Of a stretch of DNA of 64,000 nucleotides, positions 48,514 to 58,326 are shown in pieces (the stretch's first letter is position 1; every line of letters begins with the position of its first letter). The translations under genes and the position numbers were made by a program. Source of the stretch: an uncultured bacterium. Lineage in GTDB: Bacteria > Verrucomicrobiota > Verrucomicrobiia > Verrucomicrobiales > DEV007. The notes beneath the pieces were generated by a model. The model saw only the letters and a program-made list of their open reading frames with translations. It ran no database searches and was not told the origin of the DNA. The stretch is taken from assembly GCA_963977015.1 (NCBI GenBank), contig CAXBMO010000004.1:32001-96000 (forward strand), read 5' to 3'.

Positions 48514-49739
48514 GCGAATTCCCCCAGAGTTCCCGTGCTTTGACCAAATCGCTCCGTCTCAACGCCGAACCGCTGTGCCATGGTCAGGTAGAGATTGGAT
48601 AAGGGGATCCGGCGTGACTTCTCCGATGGCAACGCTGCGTGGGTAACGTGCTGGTGGCCACCACCGGCGAGCAAAATCGGCAGTTTCGAATTGGTGTGCG
48701 CGCTGCCGTCGCCCATTCCGCTGCCGAAGAGAATCTGGGTCGAATCGAGCAAGCCCAACGCATCGAGTTTGGCGACAAACTTTGCGACATGATCGAGTTG
48801 ATACTTCTCGATCGCGCGCTGTCCCGCCATCAGGGTTGGATCCTTGCCGTGATGCGAATAGGCGTGATATCCCTTCGGATTGAGCCCAACCCCTTTCGCG
48901 TCAAAACCGCCGGGAACCTCGATCGTGGCGATGTGGGTCGAATTCGTTTCCAACGCGAGCGCGATCAAATCAAACAGAATCGGCAACTGCTCGGTCACGG
49001 TCCCGTCTTTCGGCTCGGTCAAATCGACTTCCGGACGCGGCCGGTGGACCCATTCCTTTTCCTGCTCGATCGCGACTTCCACTTCGCGGACCGAGGTGAG
49101 GTATTGATCCAGTTTCGCCTGGTCGCGCCTACTAAGCCGCTTCTGCATCGTGTTCGCCTGCTCCAACACCGCATCCAGAATCGAACCATGCCGGTCGTAG
49201 CGCTCACTTCGCGCGGTGGCAGCGGCTTCGGAGTCGCTGACGAACAGCAGTTTGAAGACCCGGCTCACCTTCTGAATCGCCGGAACCAACACGCCGGAGC
49301 GCGTCCATGAAAGTTCGCACGAGCCGCCCCGGTTGCTGCCGGCCGAGGTGTTGAGCACGGGGAACCGCGTCTTCCCGGCATTGGCCTCGGCGAGAAACTG
49401 ATCCAGCGTGACATTCCCGTCCGGCATCACCGATGCTTCCTGGGTGCGGACGCCGGAGAGAAAGGCATGCGTCCCGGCATGACCGCCGCTGATTCCGTGG
49501 TCGAGGTTGGAAAACACGGTAAACTTGCCGCGAAGCTCTTCGAAGGCGGTCAGGTTTTCGGGCAACGCCGCCTCGAGCCCCGTCTCGCTCGGGAAAAAGG
49601 CATCGGCAATCATCCCGAAGGGGTTGGCGACGCAGACGAAACGCTGCGCCGTGGGTGGAGTCTCCGCCCGGGCGAACGTTTCGAGAAACGGCAGAGCCAG
49701 GCACGCGCCCGGCCCGCGAAGAAAATGGCGACGATTCAT
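48510..49739 (-). CDS. DUF1552 family protein, Tat-type signal
   Basis: MNRRHFLRG..LALPFLE, SILDAV, KLDQYLTSVREVE, HAYSHH, GSGMGDGSAH..LPILLAGG. Confidence 0.92.
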   Translation of the reverse strand: MNRRHFLRGPGACLALPFLETFARAETPPTAQRFVCVANPFGMIADAFFPSETGLEAALPENLTAFEELRGKFTVFSNLDHGISGGHAGTHAFLSGVRTQEASVMPDGNVTLDQFLAEANAGKTRFPVLNTSAGSNRGGSCELSWTRSGVLVPAIQKVSRVFKLLFVSDSEAAATARSERYDRHGSILDAVLEQANTMQKRLSRRDQAKLDQYLTSVREVEVAIEQEKEWVHRPRPEVDLTEPKDGTVTEQLPILFDLIALALETNSTHIATIEVPGGFDAKGVGLNPKGYHAYSHHGKDPTLMAGQRAIEKYQLDHVAKFVAKLDALGLLDSTQILFGSGMGDGSAHTNSKLPILLAGGGHQHVTHAALPSEKSRRIPLSNLYLTMAQRFGVETERFGQSTGTLGEFA

Positions 49740-49889
49740 AGGCGGGCAAAAGAACCGGGGTCTTCAGTGTTCGCAAGCTGGAAGATGCCGGATTCGCTCC
49801 GAAAGCCGCGCAGATCTCCCATCGAATTCTCGATTCGCCGTTGCCAACATCTCGATTAGGTCCTAGATCGTTCGATCCATTAATCCCCC

Positions 49890-51986
49890 ATGAACCCCAC
49901 ACCGCAACCACTCCGATCGCGCCATCTTCTTCTCATTCTGAAGCTGATCGCCATTTTCTTGATTCCTTCGGCCCTCCCGGCTGCGGAGGCACCGGCCAAC
50001 CGCATTCTTTCCGATGTCGCCTACAAGACCGGCGATACCCTGACCGACTACGAAACGGAGCGATGCAAGCTCGATGTTTATCTGCCTGACAGCGGTGAAA
50101 ACTGGCCCGTCCTCGTCTGGTTTCACGGCGGTGGGTTGAAGGCTGGCGACAAGCGCGGCACGCCGACGGACGGAGTGAAGCCCGAATTCATGGCCACGAG
50201 CCTCGCCAAGGCGGGCGTCGCCGTGGTCTGCCCAAACTACCGATTCAGCCCCACGGTCAAGTTTCCCGCTTATCTCGAAGACGCGGCCGCGAGTGTGGCT
50301 TGGGCAAAGCAGAATCTCGCCAAGCACGGCGCCGACGTCGAGCAACTGTTCATCGGTGGACATTCCGCGGGCGGATGGATCACGTTCATGCTCGGCCTCG
50401 ACTCGGGTTACCTGGAAACGGCAGGCCTTTCCCTCGATGAAATCGCCGGGCTGATTCCGGTGAGTGGCCAGACGATCACCCACACCACCGTACGTGAAGA
50501 ACGAGGATTCGGGCGCTACACCCTCGTCGCGGACGAAGCGGCCCCGGGTTTCCACGTTCGCAAGGACACCCCGCCGATGCTCGTCATCTACGCCGACAAC
50601 GACATGCTCGCGCGCGCCGACGAGAACGAATTGTTGGTCGAGATGATGAAGGGCGCGGGCAACAAGGGCGTCCGGAGTTTGAAAGTCGCGGACCGCAATC
50701 ACGGGACCATCGCGAGTAAAATCGCCGACGAGGATGATCCGGCGCGGAACGCGATTTTGGAGTTCATGAGCGTTGAGACTCCGAGCGCCAAGCGGACCGC
50801 CGCGCGGATTGACGCGGTGATGAAGACTCCGGGCGTGGTTGCGTTCTGGGATTTCGTGAAACGCGAGCAAGACGAACCGCGACGCTTCACCGCCCATGTT
50901 CCTCCGGGAGCCGCGACCGAATATCCCCTCGACGCCGGAAACTACATCAAGGATTTCTGGGGCGCGGGCCGCGAGGCGACCTATGCCGATTTTCCCCTGC
51001 TCGGGCGCGGTCCCTTTGGGGAAGCCATCCAAATCAAAAAAGAGAGGAACCCCAATTTTCGGCCTTTCCTCTTCATCCCGCGTTCGCGGCTGCATGACAC
51101 GCCACTCGATATCAAGGGCGAGGGCAAATCCGTGACCGTGGTGGTGTGGGCGATTCGCGAGAGCGGAAATCACGCGCTCGCGGGCATTTGGCACGAGGGA
51201 ACGGACCTGGTGCAGAAGGAAACCACCGGAATTCAAAAGGTGGAGCGCGGGCAACGCCAATACGCCCTGTTTGCGGGGCTCAACAAAACCGGCAGTGCCT
51301 GCGGGCACGTCTCGGAAAACGGGGCCAGCTCGTTTCTGAACAAGTATGCGCTGCACAAGTGCAATTCCGCCGCGCTCTCTCCCGCGGTTCCGGCCGATTC
51401 GCCGGCCGACGTGCTCGACGCCTCCTGGCAGTGCTTTGCGATGACTTTTGACAATGCGACGGACGAGCTGACCGGCTGGCTCAACGGTGTTTCCGGCGAC
51501 CGTTGGCTGGAAAACCCGAAGAAGGACGGTTTGATCAAGTCTGCCTACAAGGCCTATCTGCAGGGCCACTATAACCGCCTGCCCGGCCTCCAGCCCGGCG
51601 AGGATCCGAACTTCCCGAAGGACCAGTATTACCTGCCGCCTGAAGACGAGCCGGTCGCGGTTGAGGTGCTTCGCGAAACGGCCGACGAGCGGGTTGAACG
51701 GCGCGACTATCGCTTTACCAAGATCGAGGTTACCCTGAAAAAGGACGCCGACGGCAAGTTTTCCGAAACGAGTCGCGACCTCGTGGCGCTGCGCCTCAAT
51801 CCGTGGTGGTATCCGCACGGCATCTACACGCCGAAGGACGCCACAAGCGGAGGCCCGTTCACGATCGGCCGGGTCATCCACAGCTCCCGCTCGGTTGGGT
51901 TCACGGGCTGGATCGGAGGCGTCGCGGTATTCGACCGGGCGTTGACGGCGGAGGAGATGGGGAAACTGACGGCGCTCACCAAGTGA
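49890..51986 (+). CDS. Secreted carboxylesterase (HGGG/GHSAG) fused to a LamG-like domain
   Basis: LDVYLP, WFHGGG, GHSAGG; C-terminal PGVVAFWDF...RQYALF...GGVAVFDRAL. Confidence 0.78.
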   Translation: MNPTPQPLRSRHLLLILKLIAIFLIPSALPAAEAPANRILSDVAYKTGDTLTDYETERCKLDVYLPDSGENWPVLVWFHGGGLKAGDKRGTPTDGVKPEFMATSLAKAGVAVVCPNYRFSPTVKFPAYLEDAAASVAWAKQNLAKHGADVEQLFIGGHSAGGWITFMLGLDSGYLETAGLSLDEIAGLIPVSGQTITHTTVREERGFGRYTLVADEAAPGFHVRKDTPPMLVIYADNDMLARADENELLVEMMKGAGNKGVRSLKVADRNHGTIASKIADEDDPARNAILEFMSVETPSAKRTAARIDAVMKTPGVVAFWDFVKREQDEPRRFTAHVPPGAATEYPLDAGNYIKDFWGAGREATYADFPLLGRGPFGEAIQIKKERNPNFRPFLFIPRSRLHDTPLDIKGEGKSVTVVVWAIRESGNHALAGIWHEGTDLVQKETTGIQKVERGQRQYALFAGLNKTGSACGHVSENGASSFLNKYALHKCNSAALSPAVPADSPADVLDASWQCFAMTFDNATDELTGWLNGVSGDRWLENPKKDGLIKSAYKAYLQGHYNRLPGLQPGEDPNFPKDQYYLPPEDEPVAVEVLRETADERVERRDYRFTKIEVTLKKDADGKFSETSRDLVALRLNPWWYPHGIYTPKDATSGGPFTIGRVIHSSRSVGFTGWIGGVAVFDRALTAEEMGKLTALTK

Positions 51987-52012
51987 GCTTTGATGCTGAA
52001 CAAGAGTTCCCC

Positions 52013-53305
52013 ATGCCCCCCCTACTCACCCTGTCAATCGCTCTCCTGCTGACGTTGCAGGCGGGCCACACGGAAAACGCAGTGTCGCCGGAACAGGTGG
52101 CCGCATCGGTTGAGAAAGCACACGCCGTTCTCTGGGACAAGTTCATCGGAAATGATGGGCTGATTCACGATTACGTCGGCGAAATCCCCACTCCGGAGGA
52201 CTGCAAGTTGGGGCGGCCAAATGCGCTCGGATGGTGGAGCCCGATCGAGAATGGGCCGATGTTTACCGGAACGTATCTTGCCGCCATCTGTGAGCGAGCC
52301 CGCCGGACGGAGGATCCTGCCGACCGCGAAAAGGCGACGCGCCTTGCCCAGGGATTGCTGAAGTGCGCGTCGGTTTCCGACGTGACGGGTTTCATTGCCC
52401 GCGGGATGGGAACGGACGGCAAGTGTCACTATCCGCTCGGCTCGCAGGACCAGTCGCATCCATGGTTTTACGGGCTTCACGCTTATGCCACGAGCGGCAT
52501 TCCCAGCGATACGGAGCGAGAGCTTGTGGTGAACAAGATGAGGGAAGTCGCCGATGCACTCGAGGTCCTGGATTGGAAGTGCCCCTGTGACGGTGCCTTC
52601 AAGGGGCAATCCCGAGGCGATTTCAAGATGTTCCGGCATCACGGCGCGGTCATGTATCTATCGATCCTCAAAGCGATGCACGAGGTGACTGGCGACGACA
52701 TTTGGCAGAAGCGTTACCACACGGCTATGCATGAGCGCTCTGAAAACGATGGCAAGACACGGCTGGAAATTTGCGCTGCGGGTTATCCGTATGACCGGGA
52801 TCAAATCCCGAACATCGATCGCGGTCTCCTTTGGATCTACGTCAGTTCACAGGGAGCCTTGGCATGGCTGGCCGAAAGTGAGACGGACGAATCGATCAAG
52901 GCGCAATACCACGCGGGTCTTGTCATCAATGCCCGGGAAGTCATGGTCAAGGTGGAGGACTACAAAAGGTTTGATAACAACGACACCAAGGTATTTGGGC
53001 ACGCCCGCTGGCAGGAGGCTTACCCGGATTGGTTTCCCCAGAAATCACAACATGACGCCGTGAAACTGGCTTCAACCGGCGACCGGGAAATCCTCGGCAA
53101 CCGCAAGGGTTATGAGGCCGGGCTGATGCGGAATCCACTGGCTGCCGCCGCCCTGATTGCGTTTGCAGAATATGAAGACGGGCTTGATTCGGTGCGGGCG
53201 GCGATCGCCCACTATGACTATACCAAGCTGAATATGGCGGAGTTCTTTTTTGCCGAATGCGCCTATTACGCGCTGCAAGCCCCGAGGACGGGAACCGAAA
53301 ACTAG
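52013..53305 (+). CDS. Secreted hypothetical helical protein, possibly an (alpha/alpha)6-barrel glycosidase or lyase
   Basis: Signal peptide from ATG 52013; helical and aromatic-rich; ENGPMFTG, GFIARG, SQDQ; fold is an inference. Confidence 0.55.
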   Translation: MPPLLTLSIALLLTLQAGHTENAVSPEQVAASVEKAHAVLWDKFIGNDGLIHDYVGEIPTPEDCKLGRPNALGWWSPIENGPMFTGTYLAAICERARRTEDPADREKATRLAQGLLKCASVSDVTGFIARGMGTDGKCHYPLGSQDQSHPWFYGLHAYATSGIPSDTERELVVNKMREVADALEVLDWKCPCDGAFKGQSRGDFKMFRHHGAVMYLSILKAMHEVTGDDIWQKRYHTAMHERSENDGKTRLEICAAGYPYDRDQIPNIDRGLLWIYVSSQGALAWLAESETDESIKAQYHAGLVINAREVMVKVEDYKRFDNNDTKVFGHARWQEAYPDWFPQKSQHDAVKLASTGDREILGNRKGYEAGLMRNPLAAAALIAFAEYEDGLDSVRAAIAHYDYTKLNMAEFFFAECAYYALQAPRTGTEN

Positions 53306-53462
53306 AGGCAAACGAGTTCGGCGCGGAGGCGATCCGGACAGCCTGATCAGCGGCGCGATTCTCCCTTACGCCGCCGAAATCCGCTAGTTTCGGCCGCAAT
53401 TGGGGCAAGGGATGCGGAGCTAAGGCTGGGAATTGGACTTAGGATCACGAAATGATGGCCGC

Positions 53463-54407
53463 ATGAAACGCCAAAATCTGACTTTCCTGATTGGACTCGC
53501 CGGCGTTGCCCCCACGGAACGGCCGCGGGCCCGGCGCTGGGGGAAATGGTTCGAAGCGCCCATGCTCGTCCTGGCCATGTGGATGATCATCGAATGGTAC
53601 TTGAGGGCCAAGGGCGTCTACCCCGAGAACTGGGCAATCCTCACCGACCGGGCCATCTGGCTGTTTTTCGTGACGGAAACGGTCGTGCTGAGTATCCTGG
53701 TGCGGAACACCCGCCACTATCTCAAGAGCAACTGGTTGAACCTCGGAATCATCGCCCTTGGGATTCCGCTTTTTTGGAACAACCAGCTTTACGTGGGGAT
53801 TCTTCGGAGCCTGCGGATTCTTCTCATCTTCGGAATCCTGTTCGAGTTGTCCGGCACCATCCGCAAGATGCTGGCAAAGAACAACATCGGACTGACGTTA
53901 TTCGTAAGCCTGATCATCATCGTCATGGCGGGAATCTGGATTGCCGCGATCGATCCAGCCATCGATACGCCCTGGGACGGGATCTGGTGGGCGTGGGTCA
54001 CGGTGACCACGGTTGGTTACGGCGACCTTGTCCCGGATAGTCCGCAGGGCAGAATCTTTGGCGGAGTCCTGATGATTCTGGGCCTGGGCTTGTTCTCCCT
54101 GATCACGGCGAGCTTTTCCGCGTTCCTGATTTCCCGCGAGGAAGCGGAGATCATCGAAAAGGAGGAGGACATCATTGAGAAGCAGGAAGAGATCATCGCC
54201 AAGGAGAGGAGAGTGGCGTCCAAAGAAGGGCGAGTGATTGCCCAGCTCAACTCCATTGAGGACCGTCTCGGAGCTCTCGAGCGGAACCTTGATCAGCTGA
54301 TCAATCACCTTTCGGAGTCAACGGCCACCAGCGACGAGAAGGCCGAATCCAAACCTGAAGAGGCTCCCAGCGAGATGGAATCGAAGTCGAACCGCAACGA
54401 GGAATGA
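53463..54407 (+). CDS. Potassium channel, 6TM type, with a C-terminal coiled coil
   Basis: WWAWVTVTTVGYGD selectivity filter; S4-like ILRSLRIL. Confidence 0.9.
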   Translation: MKRQNLTFLIGLAGVAPTERPRARRWGKWFEAPMLVLAMWMIIEWYLRAKGVYPENWAILTDRAIWLFFVTETVVLSILVRNTRHYLKSNWLNLGIIALGIPLFWNNQLYVGILRSLRILLIFGILFELSGTIRKMLAKNNIGLTLFVSLIIIVMAGIWIAAIDPAIDTPWDGIWWAWVTVTTVGYGDLVPDSPQGRIFGGVLMILGLGLFSLITASFSAFLISREEAEIIEKEEDIIEKQEEIIAKERRVASKEGRVIAQLNSIEDRLGALERNLDQLINHLSESTATSDEKAESKPEEAPSEMESKSNRNEE

Positions 54408-54546
54408 AGCGGTTCGCCCCGGTGGAGCTGCCGTTCAGCGTGATAGCCCCCTCCTACGGGTACTATTGCCGATCTTTTTTCCGCAAAACTCGCCCCGATG
54501 ACCGTTCCGTCTTGATCTAATCCAAGCAACCGCATTTGATTCTGTT

Positions 54547-55254
54547 ATGGCCGACGCAATTACCGTACTCCTGCTCCTGATTGCCCTCGAATTGGTATTG
54601 GGTATCGACAACATTGTCATGATCACGATCGCGGTGGCTCGTCTGCCCGAAAAGGACCGACAGAAAGCCCGACTATTTGGTCTGGGGCTGGCTCTCGGTG
54701 CGCGAATTGTGATGCTCGGCCTTTTCTTTGTTCTGGCAAGCTTGCAGGAGCCGGTTTGGCGCCAATTTTCGATCAAGGACATGGTCCTCCTCGCCGGTGG
54801 CGGGTTTTTGATTTGGAAAGCCATTCGCGAGATGCACCTCACCGTTGAAGTGAGTGAGGATCACGAACACGGTGCCCACCGCCCTGCCGCAAGCTTTGCC
54901 GGAGCACTCAGCACGATTGTGCTGATGGATCTGGTCTTCTCGCTCGATTCCGTCATCACGGCGATCGGACTCACCGAAAATCTGGTGGTCATCGTGGTCG
55001 CCGTCGTTCTTTCCTTCATCGTGGTGCTCGCCTTCGCCAAGCCGATTGGCGAGTTCATCCTGGAGAATCCTTCCTTCAAGATCCTTGCCCTCTCCTTTCT
55101 CGTCACCATCGGCGTTGTTCTTTTTGCGGAAGGCATGCATCACCACATTCCCAAACCCTTCATTTACCTTCCGATGGGATTCGCGACCCTGGTTCAGATT
55201 CTCCAATGGAGAATGGAGCGCAATCGCAGCCGAAAAGTCCAGGCTGCCTCGTAA
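54547..55254 (+). CDS. TerC family membrane protein
   Basis: LELVLGIDNI, LLAGGGFLIWKA, DLVFSLDSVITAIG, KILALSFL. Confidence 0.92.
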   Translation: MADAITVLLLLIALELVLGIDNIVMITIAVARLPEKDRQKARLFGLGLALGARIVMLGLFFVLASLQEPVWRQFSIKDMVLLAGGGFLIWKAIREMHLTVEVSEDHEHGAHRPAASFAGALSTIVLMDLVFSLDSVITAIGLTENLVVIVVAVVLSFIVVLAFAKPIGEFILENPSFKILALSFLVTIGVVLFAEGMHHHIPKPFIYLPMGFATLVQILQWRMERNRSRKVQAAS

Positions 55255-55261
55255 AACCCTC

Positions 55262-55295
55262 CGTCGGCAACAGGATTCGTCTGGTGTTGCCGACG
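55262..55295 (+). terminator. Perfect 11-bp stem-loop after the TerC gene
   Basis: CGTCGGCAACA-12 nt-TGTTGCCGACG, 7 nt after the stop; lacks a U-tract. Confidence 0.4.
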
Positions 55296-55380
55296 CCAGA
55301 ACCTGAATGAGGGGACTTTTGTTTCAGAATCCTTCTGAAATTCGTTGCATGCAAGAATCGGGCTCCCTAACGTCGACGGC

Positions 55381-58088
55381 GTGAAGTTGAGACGGAGGCG
55401 CCTTTCAAGTTTTCTCAGCACCGCAGGATCCAACATTTGGCTGGTTTGTGGTCTAATTCTAGGGTTTGCGGGGGCAGATCCGGCACTCTCCCAACAGGCC
55501 AACAATCAAGATGGCTTTTTTCGAAACCCGGTTCCCCCGAATGGACCGAGAGCCACGAAGTCGACAAAACGGCGGAAATTCCGAAAGCTGCGCAGAATCG
55601 CGACATCTATTATCTCTTGGCTGACCGTCAAGAGAACGCCGCGGCGCAAAGCAATTATCGCCACTATGCCTACCAGTTTCTCACCGAGAACGGAGTTCAA
55701 GACAACGCGCAGCTGACGCTGAATTTTGATCCATCCTATCAAACAATTACGCTTCATCAGCTGCGAGTTCATCGGCGCGGTAAGGTGATCGACAAACTAA
55801 CGAAGCAGGAGATTCGGCTTCTGCAGCGTGAAGAAGGGCTCGAGCGGCAGCTCTACGACGGCACCATGTCGGCGATCGCCGTGATCGAAGATTTGCGGGT
55901 CGGTGATATTCTGGAATACGCCTACACGCGGGAGGGCAGAAACCCCGTTTTCGGTGAAAATTATTCTCACGTGGAAAGCCTTCGCTGGTCAGCCCCGCTT
56001 CACCAATCCCGATTTCGATTCGTCTGTGAGCGCAATCGTGATTTTCAGCTCAACACCTATGACTTCAAGAGCCCCAGCGATTTCCCTTGGAAGCCGATTG
56101 GCAAGTTGAAAGAACTCACCATCTACGAAGATGGGCTTGAGGCATTGTTGGGAGATGGCGAAGTCCCCTCCTATTACGACGAATGGCCTTGGATCGAGTT
56201 TTCGGATTACCAATCCTGGGAAGAAGTCGCGACGTGGGCAACCGGTCTCTATGATCTCGATCAGAAGATTCCCAATACCCTGAAGACTGAGATTCAAACC
56301 TTTTCGAAACTGGAATCGGAAGAGGAGCGCATTTTGGCCGCTCTTCGGTGGTGCCAGGATGAGATTCGATACCTTGGAATGTTCGAGGGGATTCATTCCC
56401 ACCAGCCGTATCCCTTACAAACCATTCTTCGCCGGCGTTTTGGTGACTGCAAGGACAAGTCAATGGTCTTGACGACGATCCTTCGTGAACTTGGCTTTGA
56501 CGCTCACCTTGCCTTGGTCGCCACCGGCAACCGTCACAAGGTCAAAGACTGGCTTCCAACTCCGGGTTCTTTCAACCACCTGGTCGTTCATCTCCGCTAC
56601 CAAGATCGCGATATCTGGCTTGACCCAACTCGTTCCTTTCAAGGTGGACCGTTGGATGAAATCTATTTTCCAGCCTACGGCTATGGTTTGATCGTATCGC
56701 CGGATACCCAACATCTTACTCCGATCGAACCCTCTGGATATGACCGATCAAAGTTGGAAGTCATCGAAACGTTTAACGTGGAAGACTACCAAGGAAAGGC
56801 AACCCTCAGTGTCCTCTCCATCTATCGTGGCGGAGAGGCAGACCGCATGCGCTCCAATTTCACGTCCAAGAGCCTCGACCGCTGGCAGAAAGACTACCTC
56901 AACCACTATTCCAAAGATTTCCCTGAAATCTCAGCCGTCTCTCCACCCAGATTTGAAGACAACGAAACTGAAAACGTCGTCAAGGTCTGGGAGGAATACG
57001 AAATTCAGAATATCTGGATCCAAAATGATGATGGAGAAGATGGCTCCATGGAGATTGACTTCTATGCACGAATCATTGCAGCGGAACTCGAAACTCCTTC
57101 GACCCGAATTCGAAAATCGCCCTTTGCCATTTCACACCCCCGAAATGTCGTCCAGAAGATCATCCTGAACCTGCCCACCAAAGCCACTTTCAATAGCGCA
57201 TTCACCGTGATCGAAAACCCTTCCTTCGAAATGAGTCTCAAGGAAGTCGCCAAAGAGAATGGATTCGAAGCCACCTTCTCCTATCGCTCTCTCAAAAACA
57301 CCGTCGCAGCAGAGGATACACCTCAGTATCTCAAGGATCTGGAGGAGAGCAATAACCTGATGAGTTACTATGTGTGGGTGCCTAAAAATTACGCTTCCAA
57401 ATCCATCGCCGAGATTCGATCTGAGTTGTCAGCGGGCGAAGAGGCATCGCCCTACGAATACAATTGGATCATCATCACCATTGCAGGGATGGGGCTGTTT
57501 GTGGGATTCATCGCGTGCCTTCTCATCTATTTTTGGGATCCAAAAGCACCCTCACTTCCCGAAAACCCCGACCCCAAGTTGGTTGGCCTGGGTGGATGGT
57601 TGGCGTTGATCACCCTTGGGGCACTCTTCCGCCCATTCGGGAGCGGTTTCTTGTTATACACCAGCGTCAAGGATTGGGACGCGCATACCTGGCAACAGGT
57701 CGGAGATCCAAGCAGTGACGTCTATCACGTCCTCTGGCAGCCGGGGGCAATTCTGGAAATCACTTCCTGTTCATTTTTCGTCGTTTACGAGTTTTTACTT
57801 CTCATTCTTCTCCTGGCACGACGAACCAGTTTCCCCAGGTTAATGGTCGTCTACTATATCCTGTGGATCACCTCCGCGTTTGGACTTCAGTTCATGTGGT
57901 CTCATATCGATGCGTTTGATGCCGAAATCCTGGCGGAATATAAATCCAACCAGATTCAGGCCCTTGCTGCCAGTATCATTTGGATTCCCTATTTCTTCGT
58001 TTCAAAGCGGGTTCGCTCAACCTTCGTGGTCCGTCGCTCCAAAGTTCCCGTTCCAGCACCACCTCCCGAGCTGCCTGCAATCGCTTAG
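55381..58088 (+). CDS. DUF3857 + transglutaminase-like + DUF2569 membrane-anchored protein, with an apparent frameshift near 55516-55521
   Basis: Main frame 55437..58088: DLRVGDILEYAY, RRFGDCKDKS, FNH, WLDPT, GLGGWL..WIPYFFVSKRV; a signal peptide exists only in the overlapping frame starting at GTG 55381. Confidence 0.75.
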
Positions 58089-58326
58089 ATCGAGGGAGAA
58101 GGGTTGCATTTTTCGACAAGCGTTAAGCTTTGAGATCGTTTCTTGGTAGACATCAAGATGAGAAATGCCTTAGTAAGTTATTGTGGCAGGTTTTTGGGCA
58201 TTTCTCTGATGCCGGATCAAAGATGATCACTGATCTGATCGATTCATTGATGCACTCAAGAGAGACGAAGACTTGCTCCCCTCAGCAACAGAAACCGTAA
58301 ACGTCTTTCCACGAACTGAAGTACCA

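Noticed and set aside
49863-51881. 672-aa antisense ORF
   Set aside because: Shadow of the esterase-LamG gene with no recognisable features.
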